Shown here piece by piece: positions 1-11,226 of a stretch of DNA of 64,000 nucleotides. The notes beneath the pieces were generated by a model, which searched no databases, had not been told where the DNA came from, and was given only the letters and a program-made list of their open reading frames with translations. This DNA comes from Lingula anatina (lineage: Eukaryota; Animalia; Brachiopoda), in assembly GCA_051362555.1 (NCBI GenBank), contig CM120646.1, positions 23,064,001 through 23,128,000 of the forward strand. The letters run 5' to 3'. The stretch's first letter is position 1; every line of letters starts with the position of its first letter. The position numbers and the translations under genes were made by a program.

Positions 1-397
1 AACAAATGTTTGAAGGAAAGATACTTAGACACAATTAAAGATAGAGATATAAATGCAGCACTTGAACCAGATTCCTCATAAGTGCACACAACCTACATAG
101 GTATTGAAACAGGTAGACATGAAAAAATTCCCCAAGCAGACAGAATTTGCAAAAAGTGCCATTCTGGCGAAATAGAAGATGAAATCCATTTCCTAGTGTC
201 ATGCCCCCTTTATAGACCTCCGATATGATCTTTATTCAGTATACAAAAAACAACATAGTAACTTTGAGCATCTTATCAGAATGGATAAATTTAAAACACT
301 TATGACTGGTAAGGAGAATGAACATATTATTGCTCTTGCCAAATATTTATGGTTAGCCTTCCAAAAAAGGGACTGTGCTGCACCCATTACCAGTTGA
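1..397 (+). mobile_element. Degenerate 3' end of a non-LTR retrotransposon ORF2 (C-terminal CCHC zinc-knuckle region, RTEX-like), frameshifted
   Basis: From 103 it reads IETGRHEKIPQADRICKKCHSGEIEDEIHFLVSCPLY, then after a frameshift DLRYDLYS...IIALAKYLWLAFQKR. The IETGR..RICxxC..EDExHFLxxC motif is typical of the C-terminus of LINE RT proteins. Confidence 0.75.
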
Positions 398-748
398 GTA
401 GGTAGAGCCATTTGGGCTCTGCCAAATATGTTTTGTATTTTTTATACAAGGAGTCGTACAATATCACTATTTAACTTAATTCATATTTATTTATATTTGC
501 ATTCCTTTTGTACATTTTCATCTATCCATGTAGATGCATACGTTACAATGAATTTAAGGTATTTAAACTAAATGAACTTAATCTTAAGGATGCTAAAACA
601 CCACCATATTTGCTTAATACATTCAGCTGCCATTCATAAAGATAATTTATTAAAATATTAGGATATCTAGATTAATGATCTTCATTTCTACCACACAATT
701 TTAAAAAAAATTTTGAGAATAAATATTTTCTTTTTTGTCCTAACTTAC

Positions 749-1286
749 CAGATTTTGGTGTTTCCTGGGGTTTTACAGGACATCTTCTAATTGTCATTGT
801 CCCTGGTGGGCCAATCCCTGGTGGCGGAAACAGTGGATTTTCTTGTGTTGAAACTTCTTCAGCTGAAGATAAAAGAAAGAAAAGAGAGCATCAGAGAGGC
901 CTCCTGGCACTGTACTGGAGTAAGTGTATTCAATGATCAACAGGATACAAGTAACTATCATACATCTTCATACGGACCCATGGGAGATCAAAGCCCACAC
1001 TTGAAAAAAAAGAAGAAACTGCATTACTTCCAGAAAAAGAATGCAATAAGGCTGGTTTTCCAACTCAGAGCTGTCTATCAGCTCTGTGAAACTTTATGTG
1101 AATCTTGTTATCATAAGTAACATGGCAAGCTGATGCTAATATTAATTCTATAAATGTGACTTCCCACACTGAGAATACAGGTAGTACATTTAAATGTAAC
1201 TTACCTGCTGCCAGCAGAATTACAGTGACCAATAACCGTTCAAAATTGAATTCAGATCCACTTGATGATAACCAATAAACTGCCAT
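749..1286 (-). CDS. 5' part (two coding exons) of an unknown, probably secreted or membrane protein that continues beyond the window start
   Basis: Exon 1286-1205 (ATG; MAVYWLSSSGSEFNFERLLVTVILLAA, donor gtaag) splices in phase 1 to exon 862-749 (strong polypyrimidine tract plus cag; AEEVSTQENPLFPPPGIGPPGTMTIRRCPVKPQETPKS, donor gtaagt). Phases are compatible and the N-terminus has a hydrophobic stretch. Confidence 0.6.
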
Positions 1287-1741
1287 TTCTCAAATGGAGT
1301 ATCGTCTACAAATAAACAAATGATTCACGTTAACATTTGATCATTGTCCTAATATAGTGTTTCAAACTACATATATGTAAATCCTATAATGTTCACTAGT
1401 TCTAACATATATAGATATCCTGTTAGTCATTTACATGTTACATCGAAATACGTACACAGTGACCTGATGTCGATCAACCATTTTCAATCCATTGCCTTGA
1501 AAAAATAAGATGTATCGCATACTCATTACATACACATTATTTCATTTACCTATTATGCATACTTAAAAACATATATATATAATTGTTACATTCAATGTAA
1601 TGGATAGTTCAAAGTGAAAGTAAGTGAAGAAGAATAAAAACACTTGTCCTTTAATTGGTTTCTGGATTTAACAGAACTTTTCCTGACATATACAAAGGTA
1701 CAATTGATGAAAGAATACAAGTGAACACATTCAATTAAATT

Positions 1742-1995
1742 AAAGGGATAATAACTCTTCGTCTTGTCCAGAAAATGAATTTTACTGGAGTAAACAATTT
1801 TCTCATACTAACCAATGGTAAATGAACTGATTTTTACATTCAAAGTTAGTCCCTGTTTTTTAACCTCATAAGAGATTATAACAAAAAAAAAACACGTTTT
1901 AAAAGAAAAAAAAAAAACAACGACTAACTTTCAATGTAAAAATAATGTAATTGTGAAATATATATAGATCTCATACGAAGAGTTATTATCCCTTT
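1742..1995. mobile_element. Palindromic MITE-like element
   Basis: Terminal inverted repeat aaagggataataactcttcgt (1742-1762) / acgaagagttattatcccttt (1975-1995), plus an inner imperfect IR (tttttacattcaaagttagtc / gactaactttcaatgtaaaaa). Confidence 0.6.
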
Positions 1996-2166
1996 TATGT
2001 TTTTTTTAGTACGAACACAAACATAAATCTTTGTTTGTACAGTATAATCGCGGTCGTATAATCATTTCATTTTAATTTATTGCACTTAATACAATAATAC
2101 TAAATTGATTTAATATTAATTAACAATTACTGAAATAAATGAACAAAACTAAGCGTATATGATACC

Positions 2167-2229
2167 TTGCCTCAGTTTTCGGCCTTACATGCTCACGTAC
2201 GGTGCATGTAAGGCCGAAAACTGAGGCAA
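2167..2229. repeat. Perfect 26-bp inverted repeat with an 11-nt loop
   Basis: ttgcctcagttttcggccttacatgc (2167-2192) is the exact reverse complement of 2204-2229. Confidence 0.9.
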
Positions 2230-2524
2230 ACTAAACCAGGAAGTAAGCAAGTCATACTTATAACCGATAGTATGCAGGAAGTTATACAGTACTTACATGT
2301 ACCGGTACATGTATAACACGGCAAATTAATAATTAATCGATAATTGATAACCGATATACCTGTACTAATGTTAATATCTGACATTTTTGCTTAGAACATT
2401 AATCAATTTGAGACGAACTCTTGTCTCCAGACAGTCTCTTACCAAGGAGATACTAACTTTCCACACCTGTCTTTCAGTTTCACTTCTCATGTTTGGGAAT
2501 TTTCTTTCGCTTTCTTTGAATTTA

Positions 2525-2768
2525 TGCACAGATGGCGCCACATGTTTTAAAAGAAAAGCTGACCCGACAATTCAACTCTATGCAGCACCATTTCTAGAAA
2601 TGCTTGGTATTATTTTGCCCATAGCTATTCTTTGTAAATTTCAATTAATACCATAAATGGGATTCCCTGATGATTTAAAGGAATTTTTGTCAAACGTAAA
2701 TATCTGGCTTTGGGACTGTAGCCTCTTGGAAAAGTATAAAGCACTTCCGGTCAAGAGCGTAACTGCAG
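2525..2768 (+). promoter_or_regulatory. Putative (possibly bidirectional) promoter and non-coding first exon of TAF10
   Basis: YY1-like AGATGGCG near 2530, TATAAA at 2735, ETS-type ACTTCCGG at 2743, and a consensus donor CAG|gtaagt at 2768/2769 upstream of the TAF10 acceptor at 3651. Confidence 0.45.
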
Positions 2769-3028
2769 GTAAGTGTGTAAAGACGATTTTAAAAACCCTA
2801 GTTTAGATCTAATGCAACAAAACTGGGATAAGCTAATAATGTGCAACTGTCATTTTTAGTATGGTGATCACTCCTGGTGTGATTTATCGTGAAGAACAAC
2901 AAAATAATGTGAATAAACATGCATTAAAATGATGTTGCCATTCTAATTGTCGGCAAATTACACTGTACAGTTTTACTTGGTACAAATTGCAGTAGTAGGT
3001 TGCCTGATTTTCTTACTTTGCAGTCTTA

Positions 3029-3582
3029 GACCGCATTCTCAACGAATTGAGCCAGGCTTTACAAATCCTGAGACTAAAAAGGCGGACGTACATGAAAGGA
3101 AAACCGCCTAATCTTTTAATAGTCTCTCCGCCTCTCACACGCCTCCCCACACGTCGTCCCTGCGGGGTACAGTAATTAAACCTCGGCTCCGTTCGCCATG
3201 CGGAAGCTACCTGAGAAATATTAAGTGCGCATGCTCATCAGTTAAACTCGTGGTGAAGAAAGCATGGCGGCTGAAGGCGATCGAAGGAAAAAAGCTCTTC
3301 TGTTCTATTATCTTTCAAACCAGAGATGAAAAAGGAATGAATTGGCCCGTAGAGCAGCAATGAATAGACTATCTACGGAGATAATATCCCCAGAGATATT
3401 CACGGAGATATTCATGTTTGGAGCCGAGATGTAATTACTGCACCCCGCAGGGACGACGTGTGGGGAGGCGTGTGAGAGGCGGAGAGACTATTAAAAGATT
3501 AGGCGGGTTTTCTTTCATGTACGTCCGCCATTTTTAGTCTCAGGATTTGTAAAGCCTGGCTCAATTAGTTGAGAATGCGGTC
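3029..3582. mobile_element. PIF/Harbinger-type non-autonomous element (MITE) in the putative first intron of TAF10
   Basis: About 160-bp near-perfect terminal inverted repeats (gaccgcattctcaac... / ...gttgagaatgcggtc) flanked by a TTA duplication (3026-3028 and 3583-3585). Confidence 0.85.
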
Positions 3583-3690
3583 TTACTAACTGATTTACTC
3601 CTCTAAAAATGAAGCACGTAAATACAAGGTGTACCCTTAATTTCGTTACAGGTAACATGTTTGAAAGCCCAAGGTGACTGTAATATCACT

Positions 3691-6475
3691 ATGTCAGGTA
3701 ATACCACAGGTGGCGCTGCAGGCGGAGGGGGTAGACCTGGGACACCAGAGGTGAAAACAGCGGGGGTACCGCTCAGCGACTTCACCATGCATTTAGAGGA
3801 GTACACACCAACAGTGGTAAGGGGATCTACAGATATATGACATACACAGGGGTGGGTCCAGAGATATTTTCTGACATGCTTCTGAATTATCTTTATTGAT
3901 CCATCCTCCATTTTTGACCGTCTTCCCACAGAAAAAATTAGATAACCATCAAAGTAAACTTGAAAATCTGACTGTCTTCCGGAAACCCAGAAGACAGCCT
4001 AAATCCCTCCCTGAAACATGAGCCATGAAAATTAAATGATAAAGATTTTTTGTTATTATTTGGACTGGCCAGCTAGCTAGGATATACTGGTATATTATGT
4101 TTCTCTACTTAATTCTTCTTTCACACCTGCTTGTTCTCTGTCTTCAGTACCACTGCCCTCATTCTTCTAGACAACACTGTGCACTGACAGCCAGTTTAAA
4201 GGGATCTTGCTCATGTCATTTCTCTTATATCTAACTTTCCATCATTGTGGTCCCTTTTTCATATGTCTGCTACACAAGAGAGCTACATATCCAACCTTCT
4301 GATTAGAACTTACAGAGGCTGAAATGTGTTATGCGATGACATTTCATTACTTTATTTTTTCACACATTCTACTACTTCATTTAAGGTGGTAAGGGGATTA
4401 ACAGATTTGTAGAAAAAATTGTTTTCATAAATCTTTCATACTTGGGCCGCATATATGAAACTCTACAGAAAAAACAACTGAGCTGAACACATTTATTGAT
4501 TATATGTATCTAGATTCCATTTATACTTATGACAATATGTTCAAGCCAATTTAGAATAATTAAAGTTGTTATATATTCACAAAAGCTGTATGTAGCAAAT
4601 AAGGGTTGCACTTTCCTTAATGCTTTGTCATAATGTAAATGTGCTGTTAGATATTCAAAAATGCCATGGCCTCAAATCCTTGCCTTCTGCTGTGCAACTC
4701 TTGTGAAAAAAAAAATCTTCAGTCCTGTGCAACATAGAGGAGTGACAGCAGAAATGAAAGGAAGTGAAGTGAAAACATGGAACTTGAAGTTTGTTGACAA
4801 TGACCCCATTCCCATAGATTTTAAATCGATCTATCCCTGTGGGGAGTCTCACTAGATTACTGACAGCTTAGCCGGCTTAAGTGTCTGTCCCGCCTACTAA
4901 AAGCTGTAAGGGGGTAATTAACTATGGTGCACGCTCGGCTGACTGCAATTTAGTGTGAACCCCCAGGGAGTTAGGTCGATCTAAATCTAAATCTCTGGAT
5001 CGATAAAAATCTCTTGGAATGCACCCAATATCTGTTATTTTCAGATCCCAGACTCAGTGAGTGCCTTCTACCTCAACAAGGCAGGCTTTGAGGCATCAGA
5101 CCCTAGAATGTATGTAACAACTTTTTTTTTATTAGACTCACTTATGAAATAATTTGTGTGTTGCTTGTTGCCATAAATTATCCTGGTTTTCTTGGTAAAT
5201 AATCCATATATATTAGCATCTGAAAGGCATCTAATTGGCATTAAAATGTTTTTCATTAGCATTGTACAGAATTAATTCACTGCTGATACTTCACCATGTT
5301 TATCCAAATTGGAAAAGTAAAGAAAAATGGTGATATTAATAGAAAAAAAAATACTGGGACAAATAATAAAGGTGCAAAGAGTTTCTTGAAAGAATCGTGA
5401 GACATTCAGTTTTTTATTTTATTTTGTTTTTTGTTTTTTTTTAGTGCAGAGCTTGAATTCATTAAAAAAAAATGTTCTTTTGTAGATTGAGAGAAAATAG
5501 TAAACTGTAATTTCTTAAAAAATTGAAACTGTCTCATAGCTGTTAAACTGTTAATGTTTCAGAGTACGTTTGATCTCGTTATCGGCACAAAAGTTCATCT
5601 CAGATGTTGTAAATGATGCCTTGCAGCACTGTAAAATGAGAGCCTCAGGACAGAGCTCTAAGAAACAAGGCAAGGTGAGGCTCGGGGATTGTCTGTGATA
5701 TGGCTTGTCAGTGGCGGGTTTAGGGTGTGTGTGTGTGTGTGTGTGTGTGATTGTGTCAGGGGGATCCCGATCCCCCCTTTGATTTCTGAAAAAAAATCAC
5801 ACCCTGTTAAATTGTCCCCTCTTATAATTAAAATTTTGACTAGTTTAATCATTGTTCTAAACCGAACCCCATGCCAAGGGGAGGGGGTCAGCTTTACATC
5901 TGCAGACCCACCCCTTCTAATAATCCTGAATCTGCCCCTGCTTGTACTAATTAATCTGTGTTCAGTTTTAAAAGCAGAGCCAGGGGGGTTAGCCAGTTTC
6001 TCTTCTTCATTTCTACAAATAATACAGGACATAATGTTTTGTCAAGAGAGCCTTCCTGTCATATCCTCAATATTCAAGTTTTGCTTTCTAATTGTTAATC
6101 ATTTCTTTATCATCTTTATTTTGTGATTGCACATGGAAATAGACTTATAAATGAATGTTGTATTAATCTAAGCACAAATGTTAATAAAATGACATTTTTA
6201 ACTAACAACTATACTATTCTGTTGTATTAAAAAAAAGGAAATTTTTCACAGCAAACTATTCTCAGAGAATATTATTCTGTTGTATTAAAAAAAATTGACA
6301 GCAAAATAGCTTCAGAGGCTCCTCTCAACTCATGCTTACATAAATAACCATATAATAATAGATGTATTTATCTTTACGTGGCCAGGATAAGAAGTTCACG
6401 CTCACCATGGAGGACCTCACACCTGCCTTGGCGGAATACGGAATTAATGTGAAGAAGCCGCCATACTTCTCATGA
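3691..6475 (+). CDS. TAF10: Transcription initiation factor TFIID subunit 10 (about 129 aa; coding exons 3691-3813 or 3816, 5045-5109, 5563-5674, 6386-6475)
   Basis: The spliced translation ...[15 protein letters not shown]|[22 protein letters not shown]|[26 protein letters not shown]...|[29 protein letters not shown] matches the conserved TAF10 histone-fold sequence. All introns are GT-AG with consistent phases. Confidence 0.96.
4807..5021. repeat. Dispersed palindromic repeat, with a related copy at about 51998-52225
   Basis: Imperfect terminal IR (cattcccatagattttaaatcgatc / gatcgataaaaatctcttggaatg). The internal motifs aagctg..agggggtaattaactat and gcaatttag..gaa.ccc are shared with the 52.0-52.2 kb intronic sequence. 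Confidence 0.5.
5709..5940 (+). mobile_element. Non-autonomous hAT-like element with 5-bp TSD (copy 1, in a TAF10 intron, contains a (GT)n tract)
   Basis: Termini CAGTGGCGG...ATCTGCCCCTG with flanking direct repeat cttgt (5704-5708 / 5941-5945). Homologous to 8968-9207. Confidence 0.75.
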
Positions 6476-8238
6476 ACAGGAAGACCAGTGGCAGCACAGC
6501 AGGGATGGTATCAGCAAGTCTTGTACTCAAGAGACAGGGAATTATCTTGCTAGGAGAATTATGAGACTATTTTGAGCAAACAAATGCTTGAAGTATCCAA
6601 GGCATGTGTAGACGTTAGACGATGAAAAAAAATGAAAATAAGATAAAAAATAAAACATTGGCTAATAAGATAAAAAATAAAACATTGCCTAATGAGAAGT
6701 AGGAAGTAACAGTGACAGGTGGGCAGATTTGAATGACCTTTCTAAGTCCTTGATCTTTCTGTCACGATGACATTTTTCTTATTGGACACTTCATCATGTA
6801 AAATGAGTGGTTTGGCCTCAAAGTTTTACTAGGAAGATGGTTGTAAGATGCGGGACTTGGGCAAATACCCCCCCCCCCCCCCCCCAAAAAAAAAAAAAAA
6901 AAAAAGAAGAAATTATAATGATAGTAAATAAATAAATAAAATAGGTGGGAAGTGGAAGTATAGTGACAGCAAAGTATAGTGATAGTACACCTTTACAATT
7001 GTTAGCTGAAATCAGACTCGTTACATCTGCAACTGTTATTGCCTGCGGACCAGGAACTGTGCGGTGGATTTGTAATATTTGTATTTTTGTAAGATGGTTA
7101 ATATGTGTAGTTCTTAATAAATTGACTGTACGTCTGAAAAGAGGCTTATTAAGTCTTTTATTTCCTTGGCAACCTGTATTTGGTTTTACATCACCGCTTA
7201 ATTGCCTATATGTAGTTGGCAATTACTTACAATTCTCGGCACTTGAAGCCTCCCCGAAGTTCGAGATTTCCCTGACAACACTGCTTTGAATAAATAAAAT
7301 CCATTAGTCGGCTTAGGGTGAAAAAATCATCTAATAATGGTTATTGAAACTTAGTCTACTATACACGCGCGTTATAGTTTTTTGGGCTGTTTGACGAATC
7401 TTTGTAAATCTAATACATACGATTATGAAATTTATTATTCTGCTCAGAACGCGTATATGGTGTATTTATTAAACATATGAAGAAGCTTAGATTTACGGCA
7501 TTGTTTATTTTTGAATTTGTAAAAATAAAATGTACCGTATTACACAATCCGTGAGCATTTTCAACACGTGCTTGGTATCCAATTCAATATCTATCACATG
7601 TTCCTTTACTGTTAAACAATAGTGTTTAATAGCTTTTTATGTAGTTTATATCATTATTAGAAGTCCAACCAATGCAATACGCGGGAATCTTGAAATAATT
7701 GCACCATCTAACTAAAACTCTCTTTCACTACAAAGTACTGTTGAAGAAGTTAATTGCTGTATGATGCAATGTCGTCTCATATACTATCTATTTCATATAT
7801 GCTGATATCGTCTCAAATATTATCTTTTTCATATATGATGATTTTACTTGAAATGCTATTTTAATTATCCTTCTCACCCAATCTCAGTAAAGAAGGTATT
7901 TTATTTTGGGATATAAAATTCCGAAGTTGACGGTAAAATATCGGCTGTCACGTCCAAGAAGACGGTATTAAGTGCAGAGAGAACAAGATGGTCAACATGA
8001 TTGCACTATTTCATGAGGATTATTACCACGAAAAATCAATTCTTGGAATATAAATTGCCCACTGTTCCCTGAAATATCCAGATGGAACATTTTGATAAAA
8101 AGACCATTTGCTGAAAAAGACTTGCACCTCTGTCCCTGCTGCTGGGCCCGTTGACACCCCCCTCCAACCCCCGTCCCCCAAGCTGTGGGGTCCATTATGC
8201 TGTCTACTCTGACCATAATGGCCGCTAGTAGTCTCTTA

Positions 8239-8413
8239 GGCCTCATTCAGAATAGGGGACTAACTAGTCCGAGGGTCAAATATGGCGGACCCACTTGAAT
8301 ACTTCCTCACGGGATATCTATTCAATGCCTATTAGCGGATTAGACGGCAAGCTTTGTACTGGGTCGCCATATAAGACCCTCTGACTAGTAAGTCCCCTAT
8401 TCTGAATGGGGCC
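8239..8413. mobile_element. PIF/Harbinger-type MITE
   Basis: TIR ggcctcattcagaataggggact / agtcccctattctgaatggggcc with TTA on both sides (8236-8238, 8414-8416). A second copy lies at about 54657-54814. Confidence 0.85.
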
Positions 8414-8967
8414 TTACATGATTCAATTGCGTATACTGTACTAGAGACCCCTGTGATAGCAGATGATAGAAACCGTAAGCCTCTTTCATATTTACGATTA
8501 TTTATTTATTGTCACAAAAGCAAAGTCACGTCATTTCTGACCTCTTACAACGTGCTCTCACCTGGGAGTAAATTAACCGAAGGATTCTGATTTTCCACAG
8601 GTGTGATGTCAGTATTAACTTTAGAAAAGTGAGTTAGGGGCAAATGCGGAGATTCACCAGTACACTTGATGTCAAGATAGGAAACATATCGGTACTCTCT
8701 CCTTTTAAAGCAATATATCTACAACGCAATATCTATTTATTTATTTATTTATTTATTAAGAGTATAAACATGGTAAATTTAAAAAAGTGTCTTCCCGATG
8801 GCCCTGGTATATGAAATAAAGCGATTTTCCCAGTTGAACTCTAGTAAGGCGTAGATGGTGAAGTTAAGGTGAAGCTGCCAGTCACTGCTGGCTGCGTTGA
8901 GCAATACCCAATGACGTCGTGTCTGACGGCCTTTCAGGTACTAAAAACTGACCAAATATAAGCTGAC

Positions 8968-9207
8968 CAGTAGCGGATTTAGAGGGGGGGTCAGGGGGGT
9001 CTTGACCCCCCTTTCGATTTCTGAAAAAATCACACTAATGGTTCCCTCTTGGAATTATAATTTTGACAAGCTGAATCATAGTTCTTAACCGTACCAAATG
9101 GCACCATTCGCCCTAAAATATCAATTTTTTTCGGTGCCCGCTTAATGGCCCCCGAACCCCACGCCAAGGGGGGGTTCCCCCTGCAAATAATCCTGGATCC
9201 GCCCCTG
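8968..9207 (+). mobile_element. Non-autonomous hAT-like element with 5-bp TSD (copy 2)
   Basis: Termini CAGTAGCGGAT...ATCCGCCCCTG with TSD ctgac (8963-8967 / 9208-9212). Confidence 0.8.
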
Positions 9208-10692
9208 CTGACACAGGGAAGATTCTAAATGCTAAGTCGGTTCCGAAGGTCACATAAAGTTCTCTCTTGTTTCATGTCACAGCTCTAGTTGTTATGAACA
9301 AAGGGTTGTATTACCTGTGACTTGGATATACTTTGTCGTGTAATTACTAATAGATCACTGCAGCCAGGTAAAAATAGTTATGTAACATGTCGCTTCCTGT
9401 GGTTATAAGAAGATTGTCTTCAGATTCGTTTCTCGACGAAGACATCGCTGCTGTAAACATCGGATTAAAATGTGTGTGTGCCTCGACAAGTAATAATTAT
9501 TACCAGACTGTATATACACATAAGAAATGGAATACATTTATCAATATTATTAATAGAATTTGTTTGTCTGAAACTTCTGTCTCATAATCTTCCAGACAGA
9601 GAACTTACTGCGCAATTTCTTTAGCACAAAGTAAGTTTTTGGCTCGTTCATCAACAATCACTCAAAAATCCAACGCGAATCAGAACCGGCTATATGTTTA
9701 CGATTAACTTTAATCAAAACCTCTTTAAAAATTTGAATGTTCCATCTTTTATATGCACGTACATGTAATATTTGACCAGATGTGAGCAGCCGCGTTACTC
9801 ACAAAATGTTTTCACAAATTTACGTAAACATACATTAAGAGAACTTATTTTAAAAAGTCACACTGGAGGTGGGTGGGTTCCAAAAAACGATATACATTAT
9901 CAACTCGTTGTACGATTCTAACATAACGAATGCAGACTTAATGTTTTAAGTGCCATTAGCATCTGTATGTGTGTGAGACTACACACTTTATAATCCTTTC
10001 ACATATTATATAAGGCGGTTATATGAATCATAACTCAGATGTAATTAGCCAGGTGCAGAAAGTGCGTGACATTTTTCTGAAAAATCAAATTGCCTCAAAT
10101 TGCACTACGTTGGTGATTAGTAACAGAAGCAATTAACACATACAAGCACGTCCCGTTTTTCTGGAATATCAAACTTACGTTCTTAAAAACAGTTGAAAAC
10201 ATTCCATGCATTGATCCCCCCTCTCCGAATTTTTCATACACCTAATGTGTTTTTTTCATATCTCATGTCAATAACTTTCACTTTCACTGATCAGTCACAT
10301 GTATCAAACAGACCCCCCTCAATGGATGTCTTTAAACTTTAATCTTCTTAACCTATCACAGATGTCCAGTGATAAAAAAAAAATAATAAAAGTCTATGAA
10401 CTCCGTTGACATATAACATTTGATTAAAATCAAAAGAAAGAAATTCACACACACACACGCACACAAAAGAAAAATAAATGAAAAGAAAAACTATTGAAAC
10501 TTTGTTTCTGAAGGAGGAATCCAGTTTACCAAAAGGTGCCTACGTTTATGTATGATTAGATTGCCACTGTATATCCTGGCAGTTCCATGTACATAATTGA
10601 TACGGTCCTTTATTAATTTAATCAAAATCAATAGAAAGAAATCCACAAATAAAAGATACACAGAAAAAAATGATTCAAAGGATCCTGACGTG

Positions 10693-10774
10693 CATGGGCG
10701 CGGATCCAGGATAATTAGAAGAGGGGGGGGGGGGGGGTCAGGAGCCCCCTGAAACACCCCTTAATCCGCCACTG
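10693..10774 (-). mobile_element. Internally deleted copy of the same hAT-like element, reverse orientation (copy 3)
   Basis: catgggcgcggatccaggataatt...ttaatccgccactg, with flanks acgtg / acatg (4 of 5 match). Confidence 0.6.
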
Positions 10775-11226
10775 ACATGCATGCGTATTGTAACGATAAC
10801 AAGTCACTTTATTCTTTGTTCTCTGTTCATTCAGCTACTAAAAGTAGTTGTTTTGCGTGAACTGAAAACCTATTTCATTCTATCACCTACTGTTACATCA
10901 AGGCAAGAGATCGATCCCTGTTTCCTTAGTCTTAATGACGTCAATCCCAGGGGTGTACAAAACCAAGGTGTTAACTACCCTAGCTTGTTACTGGAAGAAC
11001 AGTTACACGTCACTGTGCAGACTCTGATAAAAATCTGTACGAAAACAGCCTTGTTTAGTCTGAAACTGGAAGCGAAGCTAAGGGAACTGGCGACAGGGAT
11101 TTAGAAGGACAGTGTTATTATCTACTGGTCCAACAGACAAGTGACTATAGACAGACTTTCAGTTTAGTTTTTAACTGCAGCTTCACAAGTTGCTTTCAGC
11201 TAGAAATCGAAGCTCACCTCGAAGTC

